A DNA stretch of 64,000 nucleotides from NCBI GenBank assembly GCA_043822685.1, contig JBDRBL010000003.1:4659-68658 (forward strand). The letters are read 5' to 3'. A model generated the notes under the pieces. That model was not told the origin of the DNA, did no database searches, and was given only the letters and a program-made list of their open reading frames with translations. Source of the stretch: Candidatus Shapirobacteria bacterium. Lineage in GTDB: Bacteria > Patescibacteriota > Microgenomatia > PFEM01 > JBDRBL01. Positions 33,040 through 43,044 of this stretch are shown here, in pieces; the first letter of the stretch is position 1; the number at the start of each line of letters is the position of its first letter. The position numbers were made by a program, and so were the translations under genes.

Positions 33040-34926
33040 ATGGCCAGGAAAAATCACCCTAAAATTAAGCCTAAAGTTCTCAAGAAGTTTGAATTTCGCC
33101 TGCGTTTTAATCTTAAAAACTTATTAACTTGGGGTTTGGTGGCTTTTTTAGTGCTTTCCTTTTTGGCCTCGGCTTCGAGCATGCCCTCGGCGCCAAAAAT
33201 TCCTCTGTCGCAGGCCCTGCAGGATATTAAGGATCAGAAGATCGAAAAGATTGAAGTCGAAGATGGCAGATTGAACCTAACTTATAAGGATGGTCAAACC
33301 TTGGTGGCCCAGAAGGAAACCGGCGTGGCTTTTACTGAAGTTCTTAAATCAGTGGAGATCTCGCCGGAGACGGTTAATTTTACGATTAAAGACATTGGCC
33401 TTTCTAAACTTTGGCTGGATTTGATCTCCAATGTTTTACCGATTATCTTGATGGTGCTATTTTTCTTTTTTATTTATCGTCAGGCACGGGGAGCGCAAGA
33501 TTCAATCTTTTCTTTTGGCCGCTCGCCGGCGCGGATGTTTATCCGCAACGGGAAACAACCCAAAATTACCTTTAAAGATGTCGCCGGAGTGGATGAGGCG
33601 AAAAAGGAGTTAACCGAAGTAGTCGATTTTTTGAAGAATACGGAGAAATACAAGAAGCTGGGCGCGCGCACTCCCAAAGGGGTTTTGTTGGTAGGTCCGT
33701 CGGGAACAGGTAAAACTTTGCTGGCCAAAGCGGTAGCGGGTGAGGCGAATGTACCCTTTTTTAGCATGGCCGGCTCGGAATTTATGGAGATGTTGGTGGG
33801 GGTTGGCGCCAGCAGGGTGCGCGATCTGTTTAATACCGCCAAAAAAGCCGCCCCTTCAATTATTTTTATTGATGAGATCGATGCGATTGGCCGTCAGCGG
33901 GCGACCGGTGTTTTTTCCGGTGGTCATGATGAGCGAGAGCAGACTCTTAACCAAATTTTGGTGTAGATGGATGGTTTTACCACTCAAGATAATGTCATGG
34001 TAGTGGCGGCTACCAATCGCGGCGATCTTTTGGATTCGGCTCTTTTGCGTCCCGGCCGCTTTGACCGACGGGTGGTTTTGGATTTGCCGGATGTTGAAGG
34101 CAGGCAGGCGATTTTGAAAATTCATGGTCAAGGGAAGGTTTTTGCTCAAGACATTAATTGGGGTTCAATCGCTAAACAAACAGTGGGTTTTTCCGGGGCG
34201 GATTTGGAAAACATGCTTAATGAGGCGGCTATTTTTGCGGCGGGGGCCAATAAAACGGCCATCGAGGAAAAAGATATTCGCGAGGCTTCGGTTAAGGTTA
34301 AACTGGGACCGGAACGCAAACGCCTGCAATCGGTTGATGATCGAAAAATGACGGCTTACCACGAGGCCGGTCATGCTCTAGTGAGTTTTTGTTCGCCGCA
34401 GACTGACCCGGTGCGCCGGGTTTCCATTGTGGCGCGGGGTATGAGTTTGGGGCACACCATGATGTCCCCAATCAAAGATCGGACCCATGAGACCAAGACT
34501 CGATTGGAAGAGCAGATTAGCGTGATGATGGGTGGCCGGGCTGCCGAGCAATTAATTTTCAAAGAGATGACTACCGGAGCGGCTAATGATATTGCGAGCG
34601 CAACGAAGTTGGCGCGGGCGATGGTGGTTAATTTTGGCATGAGTCATTTGGGACCGGTTTATTTGGGGTCACAGAGTGAAGAAGGGGAGATGGGCCGGAT
34701 GTTGTGGTATGAGCCGGCCAATCTTTCCCCACAAATGCAGGCTAAGATTGATGCAGAGATTAAAAAAATTACCGATACCGCTTATCGGCGCGCCGTGACG
34801 ATTTTAAAATCGCATCGAATACAAATGGATACTCTGGCCAAAGCCTTGTTGGAAAAAGAAACGCTGGAAGAAGAAGAGTTTGAGAAAATAATGAAAGTCG
34901 AGAATGAAGCGCTTGGTTCTCATTGA
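33040..34926 (+). pseudogene. ftsH: ATP-dependent zinc metalloprotease FtsH interrupted by an in-frame TAG at the conserved Glu of LLVEMDGF (two ORFs, 33040-33966 and 33967-34926)
   Basis: both ORFs are in the same frame; ...[25 protein letters not shown]...; Walker [19 protein letters not shown] zinc motif. Confidence 0.6.
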
Positions 34927-35803
34927 TGGCCATGCGATTTTGCATCGGGCTTATCATGCTTTTCCGCTGACCTTGACGACCAGAAAGGGCGAATTGGTCA
35001 ACGCTGTTTATGGTTTTACCCGGATTTTGCTTTCCGTAATTGAAGAATTGCGACCAGAGTATTTGGCGGTGACTTTTGATACCGGCAAACCCAATTTTCG
35101 CCACAAGGAGTTTGTCGGTTATCAGGTCCAGCGGCCGCATATGGATGAAGAATTAAAAGATCAGATCGCGCGCGTAATGCAAGTGGTGCAGTCCCTAAAT
35201 CTGCCGATTTTTTCACTGGAAGGTTTTGAGGCGGATGATGTGATTGGCACGCTGGCAAAACAGTCTAAAGTAGAGACGATTATCGTCACCGGAGATAAGG
35301 ATATTCTGCAACTGGTCAACAGCTCAACCCAAGTCTATATGCCCGGGCGGGGAAGTGGACCCGCGACGCTTTATGATGAGGAAAAAGTGAAAAATTTCTT
35401 GGGAGTTTTGCCGACACAAATCATTGACTACAAAGCCTTGGTGGGCGACTCCTCCGATAATTATCCCGGGGTGCATGGCATTGGTCCGAAGACCGCTACA
35501 AAACTTTTAAGTAGCTATCAAAATTTGGATAATATCTATACTCATTTAGATGATTTAGAGCCATTATTAAGGAAAAAATTAATCGAAGGAAAAGAGGCGG
35601 CCTACCTTTCGCAAAAGCTGGCGCGGATTGTGATCGACTCGCCGGTAACGCTTGATTTGCCAGCTTGTCGAGTGAGTGATTATGATCAAACCAAAGTAAC
35701 CCAGTTGTTTGAAGAATTGGAATTTAAGTCGCTTTTGAAAAAACTTCCTGGAGTTAAAGCGCAAGATGATAAAATTAAGAGCGAGCAAATCGGGCTATTT
35801 TGA
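34904..35803 (+). CDS. 5-prime to 3-prime exonuclease (Pol I N-terminal domain / FEN-like)
   Basis: LVLIDGHAILHRAYHAF start and acidic metal-binding motifs; about 299 aa with no polymerase domain. Confidence 0.75.
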   Translation: MKRLVLIDGHAILHRAYHAFPLTLTTRKGELVNAVYGFTRILLSVIEELRPEYLAVTFDTGKPNFRHKEFVGYQVQRPHMDEELKDQIARVMQVVQSLNLPIFSLEGFEADDVIGTLAKQSKVETIIVTGDKDILQLVNSSTQVYMPGRGSGPATLYDEEKVKNFLGVLPTQIIDYKALVGDSSDNYPGVHGIGPKTATKLLSSYQNLDNIYTHLDDLEPLLRKKLIEGKEAAYLSQKLARIVIDSPVTLDLPACRVSDYDQTKVTQLFEELEFKSLLKKLPGVKAQDDKIKSEQIGLF

Positions 35804-36906
35804 AAATGAAAATTGCTTTGGTGCATGATTATCTCAAGGGTGAGGGCGGGGCGGAACAGGTGCTGTTGGCTTTGCACGAACTTTTTCCTCAAGCGCCGAT
35901 TTACACCCTGTTTGCCGATTTTAAAAGAGACGCTAATTTTGGGCAAAAATATGCGCGGGCGAAAATAGTCGAGAGCTGGTTTGCTTGTTTGCCTTTGCAC
36001 GCACGATTAATTTCGCCTCTGCGTTTTTTACTGCCGATGCTTTGGCGGAGCTTTAATTTTTCTTCTTATGACTTGGTGATTTCTTCGGCTTCCTGGGCGA
36101 TAACTAAAGGCTTTGCTCAAGGTAAAACCAAAGAAATCTGTTATTGCCACACGCCCCCACGGTCGCTGTATGGCTATGATACCTCGCGAGATTGGCGCAA
36201 AAATTGGTTAACCCGGACTTATGGCTTGATTGTCAACCATTTTTTGCGTTTGTATGATTTTGAGCAGGCGCAAAAAGTGACTCAATTTGTCGCTAATAGC
36301 CGCGAGGTACAAAAGAGAATTAAAAAATTTTATCGCCGCGAAAGCGTGATTATCTCTCCGCCAGTTGATGTTTTTAATATCAAGGGTAAAGTGCAAAACT
36401 ATTTCTTGACCGGCGGTCGATTGGAAAAACCGAAAAATTTTGACTTAATTATTAAAGCTTGCGACCGGTTGAAAGTAAATTTAAAAATTTACGGCGTTGG
36501 TCCGCAGGAAAAATATTTGCGGTCTTTGGCCGGACCAACTATTAAATTTGTGGGGGGAGTGAACGATCAGGAAAAAGCGCGACTGTATGCCGATTGCAGG
36601 GCTTACATTGTGGCGCAAAGAGACGAAGATTTTGGCATTACACCGGTGGAGGCGATGGCGGCGGGACGACCGGTGATTGCTTATCGGGGAGGGGGCTATC
36701 TGGAAACGGTGGTGGAGGGGGAGACGGGCGAGTTTTTCGACAAATTAACGGTTGAAAGTCTAGTGGAAACTCTTCGTCACTATGATGATACGAATCATCG
36801 TAGTATAAAACCGGAAGATTGCCGAGCACAGGCGGAAAAGTTTAGTAAAAAAAAGTTTAAAAAGGCGATCTTAGAATTGGTGGCTCACTATGCCCGAACT
36901 TCCTGA
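35800..36906 (+). CDS. glycosyltransferase family 4 (GT1/GT-B fold)
   Basis: C-terminal EDFGITPVEAMAAGRPVIA motif. Confidence 0.7.
   Translation: MKMKIALVHDYLKGEGGAEQVLLALHELFPQAPIYTLFADFKRDANFGQKYARAKIVESWFACLPLHARLISPLRFLLPMLWRSFNFSSYDLVISSASWAITKGFAQGKTKEICYCHTPPRSLYGYDTSRDWRKNWLTRTYGLIVNHFLRLYDFEQAQKVTQFVANSREVQKRIKKFYRRESVIISPPVDVFNIKGKVQNYFLTGGRLEKPKNFDLIIKACDRLKVNLKIYGVGPQEKYLRSLAGPTIKFVGGVNDQEKARLYADCRAYIVAQRDEDFGITPVEAMAAGRPVIAYRGGGYLETVVEGETGEFFDKLTVESLVETLRHYDDTNHRSIKPEDCRAQAEKFSKKKFKKAILELVAHYARTS
36780..36804. repeat. copy of the dispersed palindromic element inside the glycosyltransferase CDS (encodes HYDDTNHRS)
   Basis: CTATGATGATACGAATCATCGTAGT. Confidence 0.4.
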
Positions 36907-37687
36907 AGTAGAAACGATTAGATTACAACTGGATAAGGCGATTAGGGGTCGGCGAATTGTGGGGGTGGAAGTTTTGACTCCAAAAAGTTTTCTTGGTGAC
37001 CCTAAAAAAATAATCGGCAAAAAAGTTTTAGGTGTAGAGCGACGGGCAAAAATTACGTTGATCAGACTGAAAGACGGTTTTTGCTTAGCAATTCACCTAA
37101 AACTTACTGGTCAGCTAATTTTTGATGCTGATTTTGATCGGAAATATATTCGGGTAATAATTACTTTTGATAATGGAAAAAGGTTGTTTTTCAATGATTT
37201 GCGTATTTTTGGTTGGATTAAGATTGTTAAAAATAATTTGGATTTGGAAAAATTAGGGCCGGAGGCGATAGATGAGCAAACTTTTAATTTAAAATATTTT
37301 CAAGACGTTTTGGCCAAGACTAATCGAGCTATAAAGCTGGTAATTTTAGATCAAAAGATCTTGGCGGGTGTGGGCAATATTTATGCTAACGAAGCTTTGT
37401 TTGCGGCCAAAATTGATCCCCGTCGGCCAGCCAAAAGTCTTAAATTCGAAGAAATTAAATTTCTGCGGCAAGAAATTATAACAGTTTTACGCGAGGCAAT
37501 TACACACCACGGCACTTCCGACAAAGATGAGGCCTATCGCCAGCTGAATGGCCGAAAGGGCCAGTATCAGCGCTATCTACAAGTTTATGGGCGGACGGGT
37601 CAAGTCTGCCCCAAATGCGGCACGGTGATTAGAAGAATTAAAATTGGGGGACGAGGAACGTTTTTTTGCCAGAAATGTCAAATATAG
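36890..37687 (+). CDS. mutM: formamidopyrimidine-DNA glycosylase
   Basis: MPELPEVE N-terminus (catalytic Pro2/Glu3); C-terminal zinc finger CPKCG...CQKCQ. Confidence 0.85.
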   Translation: MPELPEVETIRLQLDKAIRGRRIVGVEVLTPKSFLGDPKKIIGKKVLGVERRAKITLIRLKDGFCLAIHLKLTGQLIFDADFDRKYIRVIITFDNGKRLFFNDLRIFGWIKIVKNNLDLEKLGPEAIDEQTFNLKYFQDVLAKTNRAIKLVILDQKILAGVGNIYANEALFAAKIDPRRPAKSLKFEEIKFLRQEIITVLREAITHHGTSDKDEAYRQLNGRKGQYQRYLQVYGRTGQVCPKCGTVIRRIKIGGRGTFFCQKCQI

Positions 37688-37689
37688 CC

Positions 37690-37710
37690 AATAGTTAACA
37701 GTTAATGGTT
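37690..37710. repeat. heptamer repeat (AATAGTT AACAGTT AATGGTT) at the fpg-recF junction, overlapping the recF start
   Basis: read directly. Confidence 0.45.
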
Positions 37711-38793
37711 TTAAAATCAACTACTCTTCAGGATTTTCGTAATTACACTCAAAAACAATTTGAGTTTGCTTTGGGTTTGAATTTGGTGGCTGGTCGTAAC
37801 GCGACGGGTAAGTCTAATCTTTTGGAGGCGCTTTATTTGCTGGCCACCGGCACTTCCCGTCGAGCAGATTTGGGGGAGGAGATGATTCGTTACAAACAAG
37901 ATTTGGCTCGGGTTAAAGGCCAAATCATCCCGTCTGAGTCCTCTGAGTTTTCTGAACTAGAAGTCATTTTGACCCGTGGCTTACTTTTGGGGGAAAAAGT
38001 CGCCAAGAAGAAGTTTTTAATCAACGGGGTAGCTAAGCGCCGTCTGGATTTTGTCGGCTCTTTCAAGGCCGTTTATTTTGGCCCGGAAAATTTGGCAATT
38101 ATTATCGATGGTCCATCGATTCGCCGCGATTATTTAGATTTGGTTTTGACGCAAACCGATCATGATTATACTCGGGCGCTGCTTTCTTATCACAAGGGCT
38201 TGCGTCAACGCAACCGCCTATTGGAACAAATTCGTGATCAGCACCGGCCACGGACCAGTTTATATTTTTGGGACCGTCTGCTCATCGAAAATGGCCGGAT
38301 TTTGACGGAAAAACGGGCCGAAATGGTAGATTTCGTTAATCAGAATTCAGAAAAATATGGCTATTTGTCACTACTTTATCAGCGCAATTTAATTTCGGTT
38401 GAACGGCTGACACAATACCAAGCGGCGGAAACAGCGGCCGCTAAAACCTTGATTGGACCACATCGGGATGATTTTGAAATCGGGACACGGGACATGAAGC
38501 ACGAAACCCACCAATTCGACGGGCAGGCACGAAATTTGCATTTGTACGGCTCGCGCGGGGAGCAGCGGACGGCGATTTTTTATTTGAAATTAGCCGAACT
38601 GGATTTTATTCGGCAAAAAACCGAGCAAACACCCGTTTTGCTTTTGGATGATATCTTTTCGGAGCTGGACCAGTCTCATCGGGAGTTGATTTTGCACTCT
38701 TTGCCCGATTTGCAAGTAGTTTTAACCACGACCGATGTGAATTTAGTTAAGGCCAAATATCAATCTCAAGCAAAAATAATTTCCCTGGGGTGA
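37705..38793 (+). CDS. recF: DNA replication and repair protein RecF
   Basis: Walker A GRNATGKSNLLEA; SMC-like architecture; about 362 aa. Confidence 0.85.
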   Translation: MVLKSTTLQDFRNYTQKQFEFALGLNLVAGRNATGKSNLLEALYLLATGTSRRADLGEEMIRYKQDLARVKGQIIPSESSEFSELEVILTRGLLLGEKVAKKKFLINGVAKRRLDFVGSFKAVYFGPENLAIIIDGPSIRRDYLDLVLTQTDHDYTRALLSYHKGLRQRNRLLEQIRDQHRPRTSLYFWDRLLIENGRILTEKRAEMVDFVNQNSEKYGYLSLLYQRNLISVERLTQYQAAETAAAKTLIGPHRDDFEIGTRDMKHETHQFDGQARNLHLYGSRGEQRTAIFYLKLAELDFIRQKTEQTPVLLLDDIFSELDQSHRELILHSLPDLQVVLTTTDVNLVKAKYQSQAKIISLG

Positions 38794-38805
38794 TAAAATC
38801 AAAAT

Positions 38806-39198
38806 ATGATTACTTTCAAACAAAAGCAACTTTTAGCTCAAGAAAATTTTGCGCTGGCGACGTGCGATAAAAATGGCCAACCAAACGCAATTGCGGTTGG
38901 TTGCGCCGAGACGGTAGGGGGGGATCTTATTTTAATTACGGATAATTTTATGAATAAAACTAAGAAAAATATTCTGGAAAATAATAAAGTTGCTTTGGCA
39001 GTTTGGTCGAAAAATGGGGATGAGGGCTATCAATTTAAAGGTAAAGCTGATTATCTAACTTCTGGAGAATACAAAGAGCGAGTTGATAATGATCCGGACA
39101 ATCAAGGTCTGGCCCACAAGGCGGCGATGTTGGTGCATGTTGAGGAAATTTACGACTTGGCTAACCCGAAACTTCTTTGGCAAAAACCCAAAAAATAA
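38806..39198 (+). CDS. pyridoxamine 5-prime-phosphate oxidase-like FMN-binding split-barrel protein
   Basis: length and pattern of the PNPOx-like family (LATCDKNGQPNAIAVG...). Confidence 0.55.
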   Translation: MITFKQKQLLAQENFALATCDKNGQPNAIAVGCAETVGGDLILITDNFMNKTKKNILENNKVALAVWSKNGDEGYQFKGKADYLTSGEYKERVDNDPDNQGLAHKAAMLVHVEEIYDLANPKLLWQKPKK

Positions 39199-39204
39199 CC
39201 ACGA

Positions 39205-39239
39205 TTGACATTTGATATGATGATACGTATCATCATATC
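39205..39239 (+). promoter_or_regulatory. promoter (TTGACA, 17-nt spacer, TATCAT) overlapped by a perfect 26-bp palindrome GATATGATGATACGTATCATCATATC; candidate operator
   Basis: palindrome 39214-39239 verified by reverse complement; GGAGGG SD and the ATG at 39251 follow. Confidence 0.5.
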
Positions 39240-39250
39240 AAGGAGGGAAG

Positions 39251-39691
39251 ATGACACAGATTTCTAAGCGTCCATTAGATAAGAAAATTGAGAGCGAGTT
39301 GTTTCAACTTCTAGTTAAAGCCATTGCCGACTTAAGAAATTCCGAAGAGATCGAAGAATTTTTAGCTGATTTTTTGTCACCGGTGGAAAAAATTATGCTG
39401 GCCAAAAGATTGGGAATTGCCGTCTTGATGGGAAAAAATTATGACTATCGGCAGGTGAAAGAAGTTTTAAAAGTTACTCCGGGAACGATTGCGGCCGTAA
39501 ATTTGAAGTACAAATATGCCAATCGAGGCTATAAAAAAGTGGTCGAGAAGATTCTCAAACAAGAAAAAACAGGGGAGTTGTTCAATAGAATTGGCGATTT
39601 TTTGACCTCGGTTCCTCCCAAAGGTGGCGATTGGTCGGTTTGGCGCCGGCGCAAAGAACAGGCCAAAGTCGCCCGCCAAAAAATACTCTGA
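39251..39691 (+). CDS. TrpR-like YerC/YecD family DNA-binding protein
   Basis: ELFQLLVKAI...EEIEEFLADFLSPVEKIMLAKRLGIAVL...TPGTIAAVNLKYKYANRGY mirrors the YerC/YecD pattern. Confidence 0.6.
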   Translation: MTQISKRPLDKKIESELFQLLVKAIADLRNSEEIEEFLADFLSPVEKIMLAKRLGIAVLMGKNYDYRQVKEVLKVTPGTIAAVNLKYKYANRGYKKVVEKILKQEKTGELFNRIGDFLTSVPPKGGDWSVWRRRKEQAKVARQKIL

Positions 39692-39710
39692 TGATACGAA
39701 TCATCGTAGT
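39688..39710. repeat. copy of the palindromic element between the convergent yerC-like and flavodoxin genes
   Basis: CTGATGATACGAATCATCGTAGT overlapping both 3-prime ends. Confidence 0.45.
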
Positions 39711-40192
39711 AAGGTGAATTGACTTAAGGTTTTGATAAAACAACTAATTTTTTCTTCAAATTTTTCCTGCCAGACTTTGGGGGCGGTGAGAGCTAGGGTG
39801 GCGATTGGTTTTTGATCGATGATTTTGGCCATGTCGGTAAAAGTTTTGTCCACGCCCGAGCTATGATAAGTGACAAAAAAAGCCACTTTGTTAAATTTCT
39901 TTTTATTTTGAGTTAAAAAAGTTTTTATGGGTGAAGAGAGAGTAAAGGCCCAAATAGGGGTACCGATTATAACGAGGGAGTAGTTAGTCAGGACACGGTC
40001 TTTAGTCGAAAACTGAATTGGAACAAAAATTTTTAACATCGTGGAACGGCCGGCTTTGAGATAACCTACTGGTCCCAAGCCAATCGACGGGCAAAGAATT
40101 TCCAAAATATCCGCCTTTAATTTTTCTGCCAGTTTCAAAGCGATTTTTTTGGTGGTTCCTGTTCGAGAGTAAAAAGCGACTAAAATCCTCAC
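39701..40192 (-). CDS. flavodoxin-like protein
   Basis: MRILVAFYSRTGTTKKIA flavodoxin phosphate-binding loop. Confidence 0.65.
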   Translation of the reverse strand: MRILVAFYSRTGTTKKIALKLAEKLKADILEILCPSIGLGPVGYLKAGRSTMLKIFVPIQFSTKDRVLTNYSLVIIGTPIWAFTLSSPIKTFLTQNKKKFNKVAFFVTYHSSGVDKTFTDMAKIIDQKPIATLALTAPKVWQEKFEEKISCFIKTLSQFTLLR

Positions 40193-40245
40193 TAAAACGA
40201 TTATACCACCTTGTTTTTTTCCTCAAAATTTGCGAAAATTAAAGC

Positions 40246-41325
40246 GTGTACGAACCGGAGTTTACGATTACCCAAGAGATTCTTAGCAATATTGGTCGGA
40301 TTGAGGCGGCTAAAGAGGTGATCGAAAATGCGCCCTTGGTGCCGATTTACGAGGCGCGTTTTGTTTCCGATGCCCTTAACCGAACCGTCCACCACAGCAC
40401 CCATTTGGAAGGCAACGATTTGACCCTGCAGGAGGCAAAAAAGATTATTGAGGGGGAAAACATTGTTGCCCGTACCCGCGATGTCCAAGAGGTAATTAAT
40501 TATCGCAATGTCCTTAAACACCTTGACGGTTTGGAAAAAGATCTGCGCGAAGGCTGGCAGTATGATCCCGACGTTCTGGGAAAGATTAACGAAATCGTTT
40601 GTGATCGTTTGATTGATCCCGGCCAATTAGGCGTTTTTCGCTCTGTCCAAGCGATCTTAAAAGATGATCAAAGCGGCGAAATCGTTTTTCGTCCGCCGCC
40701 GGCAGTGGAGGTCCCTTATCTTTTGGAAGACTTTTTTGCTTGGCTTAATTCTGTTGAGGGTAAAAAAATCCATCCGGTTCTGCGCGCCGGCATTGCTCAT
40801 TATTATCTCGTGGCGGTTCACCCTTTTGTCGAGGGCAACGGCCGCTCCGCTCGCACCTTTGCCACTCTTGTCCTGTTTGCTGAAAATTATGACATTAAAA
40901 AGTTTTTCTCTTTGGAAGAATATTTTGACAAAGACTCCGCTCAATATTATCAGGCCCTTTTTGATGTTGACACTTCCCATTCCGATTCCGATATTGGCAG
41001 TCGCGATCTAACTCCCTGGCTGGAATATTTTACCCAAGCGATGGCGATTGAACTGACTCGCATTAAAGAAAAAGTTAAACAACTTTCTTTGGATGTCAAG
41101 ATCAAGCGGCAGATTGGCCATCAGGTGCCTCTCAAGGAGCGGCAGATGAAAATTATGGAGTATCTGGAGGCCAATGGTTCAATGACGACCGCAGAGGCGC
41201 GGGTGGCGGTGCCGGGTTATTCTGATGATAGTTTAGTGCGCGATTTTAATTATCTTTTAAATAAGGGCTTGCTTCGAAAAGTGGGCAAAACTAAATCTGC
41301 CCGGTATTGTTTGAAAAAATCATGA
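40246..41325 (+). CDS. Fic family protein (AMPylator type) with a C-terminal winged-HTH region
   Basis: HPFVEGNGRSAR canonical Fic motif. Confidence 0.75.
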   Translation: MYEPEFTITQEILSNIGRIEAAKEVIENAPLVPIYEARFVSDALNRTVHHSTHLEGNDLTLQEAKKIIEGENIVARTRDVQEVINYRNVLKHLDGLEKDLREGWQYDPDVLGKINEIVCDRLIDPGQLGVFRSVQAILKDDQSGEIVFRPPPAVEVPYLLEDFFAWLNSVEGKKIHPVLRAGIAHYYLVAVHPFVEGNGRSARTFATLVLFAENYDIKKFFSLEEYFDKDSAQYYQALFDVDTSHSDSDIGSRDLTPWLEYFTQAMAIELTRIKEKVKQLSLDVKIKRQIGHQVPLKERQMKIMEYLEANGSMTTAEARVAVPGYSDDSLVRDFNYLLNKGLLRKVGKTKSARYCLKKS

Positions 41326-43040
41326 CCTTTTTTGAATTGGCGCAGTTTTTGGCTCGTCTGGAGGCAACTTCTTCTCGTCTGCAAATTACGCAAATTTTGG
41401 CGGAACTGTTTGCTAAGACCAATCAAGAAGAGATTGATAAGGTTTGCTATCTAACTCAAGGTTGTTTGGCGCCGTCTTATGAAGGCTTGGAATTTAATTT
41501 GGCGGAAAAATTATTAATTCGAGCTGTAGCCCGGGCAGCCGATACCACTGAGACAGAAGTGAAAAAACTTTATCAGCAAAAAGGCGATCTTGGTGATGTG
41601 GTCAAAGAATTAAGAATTAAGTCCCGCCGCAGCGGGATAAAACTAACTGAAGTTTATGGGCTTTTAAGGAGAATTGCCCGAGAGAGCGGCGAGGGATCGG
41701 TGGAAAGAAAGATTGATTTGATGGCTGATTTACTCCGCCGGCTTGATTCTTTGAGCGCCAAATATGTGGCCCGTATTCCTTTGGGGAAATTGCGTTTGGG
41801 TTTTTCCGAATTAACAATTTTGGACGCATTATCTTGGTTAATGAGTGGCGATAAACGTCATCGGGAAGAAATTGAGAGAGCTTATGAGGTTAGAGCTGAC
41901 ATTGGAGCAATTGCCAAATTGGTTAAAACTTCCGGCCTGCAGGGCTTGAAGACCATCGAACCGGAGGTGGGGGTGCCGATTTTGTCTGCCTTGTGTCAAC
42001 GTCTGCCGGCTTTTGAAGAAATGATTGAGAAAATGGGCGAGGTGGCAGTGGAGCCAAAATATGACGGCAGCCGGGTCCAAATTCACTACCGACGCAAATT
42101 GCCGATTTTAAGAATTTTTACCAGGAATTTGGAAAATGTGACTCATATGTATCCGGATTTAGTCAGGGCAGTTAAGGGAGAAATTAAAGCTGATGAGGTG
42201 ATTTTAGATGGTGAAGCGGTTGGTTTTGACCCCCGAACTGATCGGATTTTACCTTTTCAGGAGACAATCAAACGCAAACGCAAGTATGAAATTGCCCTTT
42301 TTAGCCAGAGTATTCCGCTAAAATGTTTTGTTTTTGATATTTTGGTTTACAACGGTCGGAATATGATGACGAGACCTCTAAATGAGCGGAGAAAAATTCT
42401 TGAGCGAGTTGTGCTTGGTGGCACACTGGTTTTAACACCGCAAATTGTGACACAAAAAATTGATGAGTTAAAAAGATTTTACGATCGGCAAATTGCTCGT
42501 GGCTTGGAGGGGGTAGTGGCCAAAAAATGGGACTCGGTTTATGATCCGGGCCGGCGAGGTTTTAACTGGGTGAAGCTCAAAAGCGAAACGAGTAAAAAAG
42601 GCGCGGGGTTGGCTGACACTTTGGATTGTGCGGTCATGGGCTTGTATCGGGGCAAGGGCAAGCGCACCGGTTTTGGCGTCGGGGCTTTTTTGGTGGGGGT
42701 TCGCCGAAGCGAAAATATTGACAACTTTCTTTCGGTTTCCAAAATCGGTACTGGACTTACAGATGAACAGTTTCGTGAGTTAAAGGCTCGAAGTGAACAG
42801 TTAATAGCTAATAGTAAACAGTCAAGCTATCAAGTTGATAAGAACCTGGAACCGGATGTTTGGTTGAAGCCGGGTTTGGTAGTGGAGATTCAGGCGGATA
42901 ATATTACCGTTTCACCCATTCACACTGCCGGTTATGCGCTGCGTTTTCCGCGTTTGGTGCGGTTTCGCGACGATAAAAAGGCTTCCCAAGCTACAACACT
43001 GGCAGAGTTGAAAAAACTTTACCAACTCCAAAAACGGTAA
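41307..43040 (+). CDS. ATP-dependent DNA ligase
   Basis: KxDG adenylation motif in EPKYDGSRVQIH; OB-fold C-terminus; contains a heptamer-repeat insert at 42795-42822. Confidence 0.8.
   Translation: MFEKIMTFFELAQFLARLEATSSRLQITQILAELFAKTNQEEIDKVCYLTQGCLAPSYEGLEFNLAEKLLIRAVARAADTTETEVKKLYQQKGDLGDVVKELRIKSRRSGIKLTEVYGLLRRIARESGEGSVERKIDLMADLLRRLDSLSAKYVARIPLGKLRLGFSELTILDALSWLMSGDKRHREEIERAYEVRADIGAIAKLVKTSGLQGLKTIEPEVGVPILSALCQRLPAFEEMIEKMGEVAVEPKYDGSRVQIHYRRKLPILRIFTRNLENVTHMYPDLVRAVKGEIKADEVILDGEAVGFDPRTDRILPFQETIKRKRKYEIALFSQSIPLKCFVFDILVYNGRNMMTRPLNERRKILERVVLGGTLVLTPQIVTQKIDELKRFYDRQIARGLEGVVAKKWDSVYDPGRRGFNWVKLKSETSKKGAGLADTLDCAVMGLYRGKGKRTGFGVGAFLVGVRRSENIDNFLSVSKIGTGLTDEQFRELKARSEQLIANSKQSSYQVDKNLEPDVWLKPGLVVEIQADNITVSPIHTAGYALRFPRLVRFRDDKKASQATTLAELKKLYQLQKR
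42795..42822. repeat. heptamer repeat (GAACAGT TAATAGC TAATAGT AAACAGT) inside the DNA ligase CDS
   Basis: read directly; encodes SEQLIANSKQS. Confidence 0.5.
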
Positions 43041-43044
43041 CGGT

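Noticed and set aside
33040-34926. Treating the two ftsH ORFs as two functional genes
   Set aside because: The break falls inside the AAA+ module, between Walker B and the second region of homology, at a single-nucleotide difference from a Glu codon. A split functional protein is implausible, so it is reported as an interrupted gene or possible sequencing error.
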